A DNA stretch of 64,000 nt from an uncultured Candidatus Saccharibacteria bacterium (GCA_964350735.1 CAYGKO010000002.1:90134-154133); one strand, 5' to 3'; positions 38,320-48,987 are shown, counted from the stretch's first letter. The notes: generated by a model not told the origin, from the letters alone. Program-made: numbers and translations.

Positions 38320-39231
38320 ATGATCACGCGATATTCAGAACACAAACTTACCTGGCTCGATGTCCTTAATCCGACCCCAGAAGAAATCCATGAAATCGTA
38401 AACGAGTGCGGCATTCCCCTTGTGCTTGCCACAGACCTCACCTCAATGACCCCGCGCACAGAAGCGCTTTGTGAAAAAAAGACTCTCAAAATCACGCTTG
38501 ATTTTCCTATCGTCAAACGCACCGACATCAACCACCCCCATGAAGTGAAGTTTATCGCGACCAAAACCCACCTGGTCACCATTCGATTTGAAGACATCGA
38601 AGCTGTACATCGCTTTGCCAAAGAGTTTGAAGTTCTGACAATGATTAAAAGTACCAAAAGCAAAGCCAACGCCGGCCATCTACTGTGCACACTTTTAAAT
38701 CGCATGTACAAAGCCCTTGATACCAAACTTGATTACCTAGAATCAAAAATGGTTGATATAGACGAGGGCATCTTTGCCGAAAAAGAAAAAGAAATGGTAT
38801 TTGAGATTTCAAAACTGAGTCGACGGTTAATTGTCTTTCGACAAACTCTAAACACCCACGAAGCGGCGTTAGCACAATTGTTTACTTTCGTACCGGTCTG
38901 TTTTGGGAAAACTGCCACCCATCAAGTACAGGAGATTATTCATCAGTTTGATCATATCCAGCGACGCATCAAATCACTGACTGTAACCCTGGAAGACCTG
39001 CGTGAGACAAACAACTCGTTACTTACTACCAAACAAAATGAGGTAATGAAAACCTTTACAATTTTAGCCTTTATTACCTTCCCGCTGACGTTGTTCACCT
39101 CAATGTTTGGAATGAATACCCTCACCACACCAATTGTAGGCACTCCCAATGACTTCTGGATCATTCTGAGTGCAATGGCAGTAGTATCAGTCGCCTTCTT
39201 CGCCTATTTTAGATATAAAAAATGGATGTAA
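38320..39231 (+). CDS. corA: CorA family Mg2+ transporter
   Basis: NEVMKTFTI and the FGMN motif, with two C-terminal TMs. Confidence 0.92.
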   Translation: MITRYSEHKLTWLDVLNPTPEEIHEIVNECGIPLVLATDLTSMTPRTEALCEKKTLKITLDFPIVKRTDINHPHEVKFIATKTHLVTIRFEDIEAVHRFAKEFEVLTMIKSTKSKANAGHLLCTLLNRMYKALDTKLDYLESKMVDIDEGIFAEKEKEMVFEISKLSRRLIVFRQTLNTHEAALAQLFTFVPVCFGKTATHQVQEIIHQFDHIQRRIKSLTVTLEDLRETNNSLLTTKQNEVMKTFTILAFITFPLTLFTSMFGMNTLTTPIVGTPNDFWIILSAMAVVSVAFFAYFRYKKWM

Positions 39232-39446
39232 AATGAAACAAGGAGTGCAACGGCTATGTTGAATTTTGTTCCGAATCTGCCCCTGTCTTAGGGCAGACTC
39301 CTGGAACAGGCAGATCGGAAACACCACCAAACAAAAATAAATCTTTCTCTCTTCGCTCACTCGAAAATTCAAACGAACTCATATTTCCGCATCGGTAGAA
39401 AAGAAAACTCATCAAAGCTTTCTCTTTTTGCTATACTACCTGCACT

Positions 39447-40892
39447 ATGTTTAACCTATTCAAAACTATCCCGCCAGAGCACTCTCCAATTTACCTCACT
39501 AACTCCACCACGCACCAGAAAGAGATTTTTGAGCCCCGGGGTAAAAAAGTGACTATCTATGCCTGCGGTCCGACTGTGTACGACCATATCCATATCGGAA
39601 ACCTGCGCGCTTACTTGGTGCCAGACTTGCTTAAGCGTATGTTTATTTATCATGGATATGAAGTGAAACTCACCATAAACTTTACTGACTTCGGACACCT
39701 CTCTGATGATGGCGATGCTGGCGAGGACAAAATGATGAAAGGCATGAAGCGTGATGGCTTCCCTATTACCCTTGAGGGTATGCGTGAATTCGCCGTACCG
39801 TACATTGAATCTTTTAAGAAAGACAACGACCGTTTCGGAAATTTGCCAGCTGACACCTACGCCCGAGCCAGCGACTACGTAACTGAACAGACTAAACTGA
39901 TTCAGACGCTCGAAGAAAAAGGCTATACCTACGCCATTAGTGACGGCATATATTTTGATATTAGTAAATATCCAGAATACGGCCAGATTGGAAATATTGA
40001 TCTTGAAGCGATGAAAGCTGGTGCTCGAGTTGAGGTAAATACCGAAAAGCGCCATCCAGCAGATTTTGCCCTCTGGAAAAAAGCTGACCTTGGTTGGGAA
40101 AGTAAGTGGGGCCAAGGTTTCCCTGGCTGGCATACTGAATGTGTGGCAATGGCCTTTTCTACCCTCGGTAAACAAATTGATATTCACACTGGTGGTGAAG
40201 ATCTACAATACACCCATCACAACGGGGAAATCGCTCAAGCAGAATGTGTTACCGGCAAAACCTTCAGTCGGTACTGGCTGCATAATGCATTTATTACGAT
40301 GAGTGATGAAAAAATGGCTAAATCAGCGGGCAATGGCTTTATTCTGGAAGATTTAATCCAGAAAGACTACAAACCAGAAGAGTACCGCTACTGGATGCTG
40401 CAAAGTCACTATCGCACAACAGCAAACTTCACCTTTGCGAGCCTTAATGCAGCCAAGACTGCTCTTACTCGCCTCAAGCGCTTTGTGTATATAGAGTACG
40501 AAGGAATCACTCCCACTACTGCTGATACTGGTTATGAAACACGTTTTCTTGACGCGCTACATGATGATCTTGACACGCCAAAAATTATTGCCATTTTGCA
40601 TGAGTTAATAAAAGATCAGACCATTAAACATGGCGCTAAGTTGGCTACCATCCAAGCGATTGATTCAGTATTAGAAATCGGCTTATCTGCAGAAGCTGAG
40701 ATTGGCAAAGCAGAGCTTGGGCAAATAGATGCTGATGATCTCCCAGAAGAAATCCAAACGCTCATCGCCGAACGTGATGTCGCCCGACTCGCCCAAAATT
40801 GGCCTGAATCAGATCGACTCCGCGACACCCTACAACACAAAGGTTTTGACGTATCTGACACCCCCGACGGAACCAAAGTAACCAAGAAATAG
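39447..40892 (+). CDS. cysS: Cysteine--tRNA ligase
   Basis: CGPTVY..HIGN, DFALWK, GFPGWHTEC, DIHTGG and KMAKS. Confidence 0.96.
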   Translation: MFNLFKTIPPEHSPIYLTNSTTHQKEIFEPRGKKVTIYACGPTVYDHIHIGNLRAYLVPDLLKRMFIYHGYEVKLTINFTDFGHLSDDGDAGEDKMMKGMKRDGFPITLEGMREFAVPYIESFKKDNDRFGNLPADTYARASDYVTEQTKLIQTLEEKGYTYAISDGIYFDISKYPEYGQIGNIDLEAMKAGARVEVNTEKRHPADFALWKKADLGWESKWGQGFPGWHTECVAMAFSTLGKQIDIHTGGEDLQYTHHNGEIAQAECVTGKTFSRYWLHNAFITMSDEKMAKSAGNGFILEDLIQKDYKPEEYRYWMLQSHYRTTANFTFASLNAAKTALTRLKRFVYIEYEGITPTTADTGYETRFLDALHDDLDTPKIIAILHELIKDQTIKHGAKLATIQAIDSVLEIGLSAEAEIGKAELGQIDADDLPEEIQTLIAERDVARLAQNWPESDRLRDTLQHKGFDVSDTPDGTKVTKK

Positions 40893-40905
40893 ATACAAAA
40901 AAGCC

Positions 40906-40926
40906 GGCTCGCTTGCGCTCGCCAGC
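40906..40926. repeat. Short dispersed REP-like motif, copy 1
   Basis: GGCTCGCTTGCGCTCGCCAGC, 19/21 identical to 48988-49008. Confidence 0.55.
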
Positions 40927-40962
40927 GGCCGACACCAGAGTGTGTCGGCCTCACCCTACTCT

Positions 40963-41172
40963 CTACCCCAAACCAAGCGGATTGCTTTTGACAAACCATT
41001 TGGCCAGCAGATAGAAGCAACCTGTCAACAAAAACAGAATGACCGTTCCATTGAAAAGCTGCCAAAACGCCAGCATTCCACCTGAACTGTACTTGAGCTC
41101 AACCAGCAGTCCCCAGATTGCGTAAAGCCCAACAAGCAAAGTAGCAATCTGTAACCAGTATTTATAACGCAT
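40963..41172 (-). CDS. Small 2-TM hypothetical protein
   Basis: 69 aa with two hydrophobic segments and AGGAAAG upstream of the ATG. Confidence 0.5.
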   Translation of the reverse strand: MRYKYWLQIATLLVGLYAIWGLLVELKYSSGGMLAFWQLFNGTVILFLLTGCFYLLAKWFVKSNPLGLG

Positions 41173-41268
41173 CTCTTTCCTCCTATGACGTTCTTATCTA
41201 ATATACCCACTTTTCGAACACTGTCCACACCAGCAGTCAACCGAGCAATCATGCTAAAATAGCCTTCC

Positions 41269-42666
41269 ATGAATGACACTCCTCAAACTAACAAACGCCT
41301 GCGCACTCCTCCTAATAATATCGACGCTGAAAAAGCCCTTCTTGGAGCCCTGATTCTCAAGCCCGAGACCATGCACGACGTTTCGGTTAGCGTCTACGTT
41401 GAGAGTTTTTACGCTGACAAACACCGTGAAATCTTCCGGGCGATTTTTGAAATCTTTACTAAAGGTGATCCGATCGACATCCTTTCTGTCACCACTCGCT
41501 TGAAGCAAAACAAGCAGCTCGAACGCGTCGGTGGTGCTGCCTACGTGACTGAGCTGGTGGAGCAAGTCCCCGCTGCTGGCAACGCCATGTACTACGCTGA
41601 ACTCGTCCAAGGGCGAGCGGTACTCCGTGGACTAATTAATGCGGGTGATGATATTTCAGAACTCGGCTACTCTGATCCAGAAAATATCGATGAGACGCTC
41701 GACCAAGCCGAGAAGAAAATCTACGGTGTCACCAACAACGTCACTGCACAAAAATTCAAAACCATCGGCTCTTCTCTCACCGAAGCCTGGGAACGCTTTG
41801 AGTACCTGAGTGCCAACCAAGATGAAAAACGTGGTGTCCCGACCGGCTTCCATGGTCTCGATAATATTCTGGCTGGATTCCAAAAATCCGACCTCGTAAT
41901 CCTGGCCGCTCGACCGAGTATGGGAAAAACTACCTTTGCGCTCGATATCGCCCGTAATGCCGCTCTACAATATGGCGCACACGTTGGTATTTTCTCACTC
42001 GAAATGAGTGACCAGCAGCTAGTAGATCGTATGCTAGCGGCAGAGGCCGGGGTGGACTCCTGGAAGTTGCGTACTGGTAAGCTGACTAACGATCAGGAGT
42101 TTGAGGCAGTACAAGAAGCCATGGGCAAGCTTTCTGAAGCACCGATCCATATCGATGATCAACCGGGTAATAACATCCTTAAAATGCGCTCAGCCGCCCG
42201 ACGACTTAAAAATGAACATGGCCTCGACATGCTGATTGTTGACTACCTCCAACTCATGTCACCCACCTCCACCAAATCTAGTGACTCTATGGTGCAACAA
42301 GTAACTGAGATCTCACGATCGCTCAAGATTTTGGCTCGTGAACTCGACGTACCAGTGATCGCCCTCTCACAGCTTTCACGTGCAGTTGAGCAACGTGGCG
42401 GCAAGCCGCGCCTGTCTGACCTTCGTGATTCAGGATCAATCGAGCAGGACGCCGACGTCGTGATGTTTATTCACCGCGAAGACAAAATCAACAAAGAATC
42501 TGATCGACCAAACATCGCCGAGATTATGGTGGAGAAACATCGTAATGGTCCCGTCGGTAGCTGTGAACTATACTTCGACGGCCAACATGTTCGCTTCCTC
42601 AATCTTGATACCCATCATGCGGCCGCTGCTTCTAATAACGCAGCCGCAGCTGATGATGATTTCTAA
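41269..42666 (+). CDS. dnaB: Replicative DNA helicase
   Basis: AARPSMGKT, FSLEM, VDYLQLM, LSQLSR and DLRDSGSIEQDAD. Confidence 0.97.
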   Translation: MNDTPQTNKRLRTPPNNIDAEKALLGALILKPETMHDVSVSVYVESFYADKHREIFRAIFEIFTKGDPIDILSVTTRLKQNKQLERVGGAAYVTELVEQVPAAGNAMYYAELVQGRAVLRGLINAGDDISELGYSDPENIDETLDQAEKKIYGVTNNVTAQKFKTIGSSLTEAWERFEYLSANQDEKRGVPTGFHGLDNILAGFQKSDLVILAARPSMGKTTFALDIARNAALQYGAHVGIFSLEMSDQQLVDRMLAAEAGVDSWKLRTGKLTNDQEFEAVQEAMGKLSEAPIHIDDQPGNNILKMRSAARRLKNEHGLDMLIVDYLQLMSPTSTKSSDSMVQQVTEISRSLKILARELDVPVIALSQLSRAVEQRGGKPRLSDLRDSGSIEQDADVVMFIHREDKINKESDRPNIAEIMVEKHRNGPVGSCELYFDGQHVRFLNLDTHHAAAASNNAAAADDDF

Positions 42667-42809
42667 AAATGAACAAATGAGCGGAGCGATTATTGTGAAT
42701 TTCACCCACAGGGCGTACATTACCGAATTCGTTCCTTTACTAGGACGAATTCCTGGAACTGGTACTATAAGACTGACTACTCCATAACAAATTTAGTAAA
42801 TTATTTACC

Positions 42810-43427
42810 GTGACAAATTTAGATAAATTAATTAAATACTTTGAAAAGTTTCCAGGTATTGGCGGTCGACAAGCTCGGCGGTTTGCCTTTCATGTACTTA
42901 CCTTACCTCCAGAAGATGTCGCCGAAATGACATCTCTGATGGCAGGCATCCAAGATACTGTCATCGAGTGCACGAGCTGTCGTCGCTTCTTTGCTCAAAA
43001 CAGTTCCAAAGGAACTGAGTGTGCTATTTGTCTCAATGAGACGCGTGACCGGACTAAACTCATGGTAGTAGAACGCGACAGCGATATCCAAGCCATTGAA
43101 CGCTCAGGTACCTATGAGGGCCTCTATTTTGTCCTTGGTGGCACTATCCCCCTACTTGAGAGCAAAGATAGCAACAAGCTCCGTGGAAACGGCTTAAAGC
43201 ATATTGTTGCAAGCAGGCTTCCAGAGGATTTAAATGAAATCATCATAGCGTTTTCCGTAAATCCAGATGGTGAAAACACCGGTCGGTTTGTTGAATCAAT
43301 TTTGAAAGAGTTTACTGAAACGGAAAAACTAAAAATAACTCATCTGGGCCGCGGCCTATCTACCGGAAGTGAACTCGAATACGCTGACCCGGATACAATT
43401 AAAAACGCTTTACACAATCGCACTTGA
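42810..43427 (+). CDS. recR: Recombination protein RecR
   Basis: PGIG, C4 zinc finger, YFVLGG, Toprim domain and GSELEYAD. Confidence 0.95.
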   Translation: MTNLDKLIKYFEKFPGIGGRQARRFAFHVLTLPPEDVAEMTSLMAGIQDTVIECTSCRRFFAQNSSKGTECAICLNETRDRTKLMVVERDSDIQAIERSGTYEGLYFVLGGTIPLLESKDSNKLRGNGLKHIVASRLPEDLNEIIIAFSVNPDGENTGRFVESILKEFTETEKLKITHLGRGLSTGSELEYADPDTIKNALHNRT

Positions 43428-43493
43428 TTTATTTTAATATTGTTGTACTTTAGTGCCAGCGAGGGGCTTCTGTGTAGAAGTAAAGGAAACCCC

Positions 43494-43661
43494 ATGAGTA
43501 CTGAAGATAAAAAGTTTGTCGACAGATTCTTGCTGTATATCAAACAGGATCTGTTGCCTGAAGATCGGACTATCTGGACATCAGAAAAAATTCTGGTGAC
43601 TTACCCAGCCGGTTCTGATCATAGAAGGATTTGGGAAACGGCTCTACCAAGAGTATCGTAA
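43494..43661 (+). CDS. Short orphan ORF (55 aa), possibly truncated
   Basis: TTGATT-16-TACTTT promoter-like motif and AAAGGA SD before ATG 43494. Confidence 0.4.
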   Translation: MSTEDKKFVDRFLLYIKQDLLPEDRTIWTSEKILVTYPAGSDHRRIWETALPRVS

Positions 43662-43733
43662 CCAAACATATTTTGAGGAGATCCCCACCAGAGGGACGAA
43701 GCGGCGCGCAAGAACTGTGCGCCTTTTACGTAG

Positions 43734-43773
43734 CTAAACAAAAACCTCTGCATTAGCAGAGGTTTTTGTTTAG
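43734..43773. terminator. Bidirectional terminator
   Basis: ctaaacaaaaacctctgc/gcagaggtttttgtttag. Confidence 0.75.
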
Positions 43774-44120
43774 GCGATTGATTCAATCTTAACGGTTGAA
43801 TACTTTTGTCGATGGCCAACTTTTCGGTCGCGGTTACTTTTAGCTTTGTAGCGGATGATAGATAATTTCTTACCTTTCTTTTCTTTTACAAATGAAGCTT
43901 TTACCTTAGCCCCGTCGAGGTATGGAGTTCCAACCTTAGCTGCTTTGCCATCGTCACTCATGAGCACTTTGTCGAACTCAATCGCATCACCCTCAGCGTG
44001 ATCACCAAGAAGCTCAACAGTGAGCGTGTCTCCCACAGAAACGATATATTGCTTGCCACCAGTTTCGATAACAGCAAAATCTTCAGCTTTTTCTTTTGTT
44101 TTAGTTGCTTTGTCAGCCAT
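43770..44120 (-). CDS. rplU: 50S ribosomal protein L21
   Basis: FAVIETGGKQY, VGTPY and GHRQ. Confidence 0.96.
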   Translation of the reverse strand: MADKATKTKEKAEDFAVIETGGKQYIVSVGDTLTVELLGDHAEGDAIEFDKVLMSDDGKAAKVGTPYLDGAKVKASFVKEKKGKKLSIIRYKAKSNRDRKVGHRQKYSTVKIESIA

Positions 44121-44195
44121 AAATAATGTCTTAAAGTCGCCCGATTATACAAGAATTGATTGAAATTGCAATAGATTGCAACTCAAATACCCTCT

Positions 44196-45278
44196 TTACT
44201 CTTGTTTATGCGGTTTATCTATTTCTAGAACATCAAGATCGATGGTCTCCCCCGTGATTTTTGTCACATCTTTATCAATCTTATTGAGCTCTTTGTAGCC
44301 AGCGTTGTAGTGATTGACCGTTGTTTCAAGTGTCTTACCAAGCTTTTGGTAATACTCCTCATAGCGCGAAATATGCCCCGAGAGTTTCTCTACGTTCTTG
44401 ATGATGTCTTGAGCCTTTTCTTCGATCTCGAGCGCTTTAAGGCCTTGCAGTACGGTCTGGAGATACGCCAAGAACGATGTCGGGGAGACGATAATCACTT
44501 TATACTTCCCAGCCGCGCGCTGGATCAAATTCTCTTCCCCTGCTCCCACCTTGTTGGAAAGTAAGTCGTAGTAAATCCCCTCATGAGGAATAAACATAAA
44601 GGCAAAGTCAGTCGTCTTCTCACTCGGCCGGATGTATTTGGCAGTTTCAGTGATCCGGAGTTTTAAGTCATTCACAAAGGCTTTTTCATGAATCGCTCGA
44701 TCAGCGGGGTCTTTGGCTTCCACTAGGCGATTGTAATTTTCCAGAGAAAACTTAGAATCCACCGGAATCACCTTCCCTTTCACAAACACCGCTGCGTCGA
44801 CAATCTCGCCGTCTTCAAAAGGATACTGCATCTTGAAGCTCTCCGGTGGCAGCACATTCTGCAGCACGGTCTCCAAGTAATACTCGCCCAGAATGCCCCG
44901 CTGCTTGGGATTCTTCAAAATATCCTGTAGTTCTTTCAGCTGATCGGCCACGGTAAATACCTGCTTCGAACTTTCTTTCACTTCCGCCACGTTCTTCACG
45001 ACGTCTCGCATCTGTTCGTGCATGTCGCGAGTAATTTCTTGCATCAGCTCCTTACTATCGCGAAATTGCATCCGACTGCCCTCTTGCATCGCTTTGTTAC
45101 TTTCGCCCAACTTACGGTCCATCGTCTCCGAGAGTTGCTGCAATTGCTGCTGCAGCAGCAAAAAGCTTTTATCTTCAACCTCAGTAGCTACCGCCTCCTT
45201 TTTAAAGAAAAATACGTATACCAACACACCTAATACGGCGAGCAGTAGCAGTACTATCACTATCTGAATCATTTCCAT
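44196..45278 (-). CDS. rmuC: DNA recombination protein RmuC
   Basis: N-terminal TM, RGILGE, VDSKF, DFAFMFIP.E and VSPTS. Confidence 0.93.
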   Translation of the reverse strand: MEMIQIVIVLLLLAVLGVLVYVFFFKKEAVATEVEDKSFLLLQQQLQQLSETMDRKLGESNKAMQEGSRMQFRDSKELMQEITRDMHEQMRDVVKNVAEVKESSKQVFTVADQLKELQDILKNPKQRGILGEYYLETVLQNVLPPESFKMQYPFEDGEIVDAAVFVKGKVIPVDSKFSLENYNRLVEAKDPADRAIHEKAFVNDLKLRITETAKYIRPSEKTTDFAFMFIPHEGIYYDLLSNKVGAGEENLIQRAAGKYKVIIVSPTSFLAYLQTVLQGLKALEIEEKAQDIIKNVEKLSGHISRYEEYYQKLGKTLETTVNHYNAGYKELNKIDKDVTKITGETIDLDVLEIDKPHKQE

Positions 45279-45383
45279 AACACGAGTTTACCACACGTAT
45301 AGTGTGGTCAAATTCGTCAGCAGGAGTATATTGAGATGAGGAGGCCTAAGAGCTTCCATGTTCAACAACAGTGAGGCCGGATA

Positions 45384-45700
45384 ATGACTGTTAAAATCAA
45401 GCGTGACAATCGGGGTGGGTTCTCAGTTTTCCATGTATGCTCTCTGAGAGGGCTAAGAAGACTATTGCGGAAGCTATCACGAAGCGATGTGAAAGTCACA
45501 TTCTCAGACCGTACTGGCTAACCAATCAACGTGTTCTGATCCAGCCCAAAACCCGGCGCGGCCCAGAAGACTGTCTCTGTGCATCAGGCGAACTCAATGG
45601 ATTCGTCGCCGGATGGAACGCCAGATGCGCAACAGAGAAGGAACTGCTTGGTATGCGACCAGGCGTAACACATGCTCATGAAGCAGTGACTCATCACTGA
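45384..45700 (+). pseudogene. Orphan ORF, possibly frameshifted
   Basis: SD-led ATG 45384 (45 aa) overlaps the 87-aa ORF 45437..45700 in another frame. A hairpin follows at 45716-45737. Confidence 0.35.
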
Positions 45701-45746
45701 AATTTCAACAAATGCAGGCCCGGAATCCGCCGGGCCTTTCTCTCGG

Positions 45747-48443
45747 CTACTTTTTATGTTCAAAGAAGACGAACTTGGCCAGTTCGATAGTCGCCAGTGA
45801 CGCTGCGCTAAAACTCACCACCAACACAATCAGATCGCTCGGCAGCGGTGTGTATGAGAGCACATTTTGCATAAATGGGATTGAGATTGCTCCTGCAAAC
45901 AGCGCGGCACTTAGGATAAACGAACCAACAAAGAATAGATTTTGAAATAATGGAATGCGCCACAACGGGGTCGACAGTGAACGGAAGGCAAACGAGATAA
46001 AGAGCGAATCCATCGCAATGGCCATAAACATGGCACTGCGAAGCTCTTCGAGCGGCAGCTCTAATGACCGCAGGTAGAAATACAGAATAACTGACAAACT
46101 ACTGAGAATAGTTACTACCAGCGCCAAGAACCACATCATCTGCCCCGAGAGAATACCTTCTTCATGGATATCTTGCGGCTTGCGTTTCATCGCCCCCTTC
46201 TCCCCTTTTTCAAAGGCAAAGGCCACGCTCATGAGCCCTTCCTCAATCACATTGGCCCACAAAATCTGCGCTGGCAAAATCGGTGATGGCGCTCCCACCA
46301 TCATCGCTGCACCAATCAGCACCACCTCAGACAGCGAGGTGGAGAGCAGATACCCCACAATCTTGCGGAGATTGGAAATAATCCGCCGCCCCTCTTCGAT
46401 GGCAGCGTAGATAGTGGCAAAGCTGTCATTAACCAATACGAGATCAGAAGCTTCTTTAGCCACTTCAGTCCCCGAGCCAATGGCGATGCCAATATTAGCC
46501 TTACGGAGCGCCGGAGCATCATTGATGCCGTCGCCCGTCATGGCGACAATTTCACCGCTCCGTTGCAGGATCTCGGCGATGCGCATCTTTTGCTTGGGCA
46601 GAACCCGCGCAAATACGTGCACATCCTCGATGATGGCTAAAATCTCATCATCTGACATCCCGGCCAGATCATCTCCCGTGAGGGCAATCTCCTGCGGTCC
46701 GGCGATCCCCACCTTGCGCGCAATCGACAAACCAGTCTGGGGGTTATCACCCGTGATTAAGAGGATTTTTGCCCCGGCGTCTTTCACTCCAGCAATCGCA
46801 TCCTTCACCCCTTCTCGCACCGGATCGTTCAGCACGACAATTCCCGCAAACGCCATCCCTTCGAGCAAGGCCTCATCAGCATCATTCGGGATATCTTCAA
46901 AATCAACGTCTTTATAGGCTACTGCCACTAGCCGTTTCCCCTCTCGTGTCTGATTACTAATCGCGGCTTCAAGCGCTTCGCGTTCGGCCTCAGTGATCTC
47001 ATGGACGGTATCACCGACTGCTAAAAAATCAGATCGCTCAAGCAAGAATTCGGGGGCCCCATTGATACACAATCGAAACTGTCCACTCTGCAGTGGCGCC
47101 AACCCAGCGGCATATCGATTCTCTGAGGTAAATGGCAGATAATCAATTCGGTTAGCTCGGAGAGAATCCTTCACGCTACTGATCTTCATTCCTTCAGCCG
47201 CCTCAAGAATTGCCTTCTCGACCGGATCTCCGCGCAGAACAAACTCTGTACCTTGCTGGTCTTTATAGGCATCAGCGGCACAGAGCGCGACCTCAAGTAA
47301 TGCTCGGGTGTTTGTCTGACTGGCCCACGCCACCGGTGTCAGGAAGGTCGCTTGATTAAGAATGAGGCCGGTCACTGCCATTCGCGCTTCGGTGAGCGTC
47401 CCTGTCTTGTCAGTCAATACGTAGGTAGTCGAACCAAGGGTTTCAGCCGCCAGTAAGTTGCGTACGAGCCCACCACGTTTTAGGAGCGATTCCATCCCCA
47501 CCGCTAAAATGATAGTCACCGCGGCCGGCAGTCCTTCTGGCACTGACGCCACTGAGATCGCAATCGCCATCAAGAGCATGTCGTGCAGGGTTTGCCCCTG
47601 GTACAAGCCCAGCGCAAAAATCACGAGCACCAAAAAGCTAATGATATAGAGCATTATCATCGATACTTTTTGCATCTCGTGCTGCAGCGGCGTCGTCTCC
47701 TCTACGACATTCTGCAGATTCTGGGCCAGCTCCCCGACTGACGTCTTATCTCCAGTGGCAATCACTACCCCAATGCCATTTCCTTCAGCTACGTACGTGC
47801 CCATCCAGGCCATATTTTTTTGTTCAGCAAACGGTGTACCAATCGCAACCGGATTGACTTGCTTATTGACCGCTAACCACTCACCGGTGAGTGGTGCTTC
47901 GTTAATTGCCAGCTTCTTCGTCTTGAGTAGGCGTACATCAGCTGGCACCTGTGCTCCGTTCAGGAGCTCAACCACGTCACCCGGCACCAGTAAAGCGGCG
48001 TCTATTTCGTGCTTTGCTCCGTCACGCCATACGGTAGCCACTCGCTCCTGCGACTCCGATAATTTTTTAAACGCTCGGGAAGCTTTTCCCTCCTGCAGCA
48101 CCCCCACCAAAACCGCGATCAACAAGGCAAACAAAATCACCGCTGCATCGACGTATTCTGCCAGCACAAACGTAATTAAAAATGCTACCAGCAGCACAAA
48201 TGCCAGCGGGCTCTTAATCTGACCAAACACCCTACTAGCTAGTGAAGGGGGCGGAGTTTCTGAGAATTCATTACGTCCATACTTACGAACTCTTTTGTGG
48301 TACTGCTCATGACTTAAGCCAGATTCGGTAACCTCAAGCATCGCCAACACTTCACGATAATCGTGCGCGTGCCAGGCGTAGCTCGGCTGCTTCATTGCAG
48401 TCTCGTGAACTACCTTTCTGTCTGGTTTTGATTTTGCGGCCAT
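45747..48443 (-). CDS. Cation-transporting P-type ATPase (type IIA-like)
   Basis: LTGE, VPEGLP, DKTGTLT, TGDN and GDGINDAPAL. Confidence 0.95.
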   Translation of the reverse strand: MAAKSKPDRKVVHETAMKQPSYAWHAHDYREVLAMLEVTESGLSHEQYHKRVRKYGRNEFSETPPPSLASRVFGQIKSPLAFVLLVAFLITFVLAEYVDAAVILFALLIAVLVGVLQEGKASRAFKKLSESQERVATVWRDGAKHEIDAALLVPGDVVELLNGAQVPADVRLLKTKKLAINEAPLTGEWLAVNKQVNPVAIGTPFAEQKNMAWMGTYVAEGNGIGVVIATGDKTSVGELAQNLQNVVEETTPLQHEMQKVSMIMLYIISFLVLVIFALGLYQGQTLHDMLLMAIAISVASVPEGLPAAVTIILAVGMESLLKRGGLVRNLLAAETLGSTTYVLTDKTGTLTEARMAVTGLILNQATFLTPVAWASQTNTRALLEVALCAADAYKDQQGTEFVLRGDPVEKAILEAAEGMKISSVKDSLRANRIDYLPFTSENRYAAGLAPLQSGQFRLCINGAPEFLLERSDFLAVGDTVHEITEAEREALEAAISNQTREGKRLVAVAYKDVDFEDIPNDADEALLEGMAFAGIVVLNDPVREGVKDAIAGVKDAGAKILLITGDNPQTGLSIARKVGIAGPQEIALTGDDLAGMSDDEILAIIEDVHVFARVLPKQKMRIAEILQRSGEIVAMTGDGINDAPALRKANIGIAIGSGTEVAKEASDLVLVNDSFATIYAAIEEGRRIISNLRKIVGYLLSTSLSEVVLIGAAMMVGAPSPILPAQILWANVIEEGLMSVAFAFEKGEKGAMKRKPQDIHEEGILSGQMMWFLALVVTILSSLSVILYFYLRSLELPLEELRSAMFMAIAMDSLFISFAFRSLSTPLWRIPLFQNLFFVGSFILSAALFAGAISIPFMQNVLSYTPLPSDLIVLVVSFSAASLATIELAKFVFFEHKK

Positions 48444-48521
48444 AAGAACTATCTGACGCCCTAGGAAGAGCTTTTGGATAGTGATAGTATAACAAGCATA
48501 TACGTAGCCGGAACCAGACTT

Positions 48522-48977
48522 ATGCAACTACACGAACAAATCAAATCAGAGTTGAAGATAGCGATGAAAGCCAAAGACGCGGTCCGACTCCGGACTGTCC
48601 GTAGCATGCTGACTGCCTTTATGAACGACCTGGTAGCGACCGGCAAAACTCCTCAAGATATGCTCGATGATGACGCCACCCTGGCTGTCATCAAGCGCCT
48701 CTCGAAGCAGCGGAAAGAATCGATCACGCAGTACGAAGCAGCCGACCGTCCAGAACTTGCCGTACCAGAAAAAGAAGAGCTCGCTGTCCTTGAAGGTTAC
48801 CTACCCCAAATGATGTCGACTGACGACATCCGTCCCGTAGCAGAAGCAAAAAAAGCCGAACTTGGCATCGACGACAAAAGCAAAATGGGCATGCTCGTTG
48901 GAGCCGTCATGAAAGAACTCGCTGGCCAGGCTGATGGTGGTGATGTGAAGACTGTCGTCGAATCTTTATTTGAGTAA
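48522..48977 (+). CDS. GatB/YqeY domain protein
   Basis: AMKAKD, KQRKESI..Y, E...L..YLP and MG..MG...G.ADG. Confidence 0.92.
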   Translation: MQLHEQIKSELKIAMKAKDAVRLRTVRSMLTAFMNDLVATGKTPQDMLDDDATLAVIKRLSKQRKESITQYEAADRPELAVPEKEELAVLEGYLPQMMSTDDIRPVAEAKKAELGIDDKSKMGMLVGAVMKELAGQADGGDVKTVVESLFE

Positions 48978-48987
48978 GTAAACCGCT

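Noticed and set aside
39232-39446. T-box upstream of cysS
   Set aside because: There is no TGGNACC bulge motif, and cysS has an extended -10 just 9 nt before its ATG.
39456-40187. Long antisense ORFs (e.g. 39456..40187, 56650..57363, 20587..21138, 54823..55248)
   Set aside because: These are shadow frames of well-supported genes with no recognisable motifs.
18915-42712. Scattered DnaA-box-like 9-mers (TGTGGAAAA 18916, TTATCCCCA 23805, CTGTCCACA 41221, TCACCCACA 42703)
   Set aside because: They are single mismatched copies with no cluster or DUE, so this is not an oriC. A regulatory role cannot be supported by eye.
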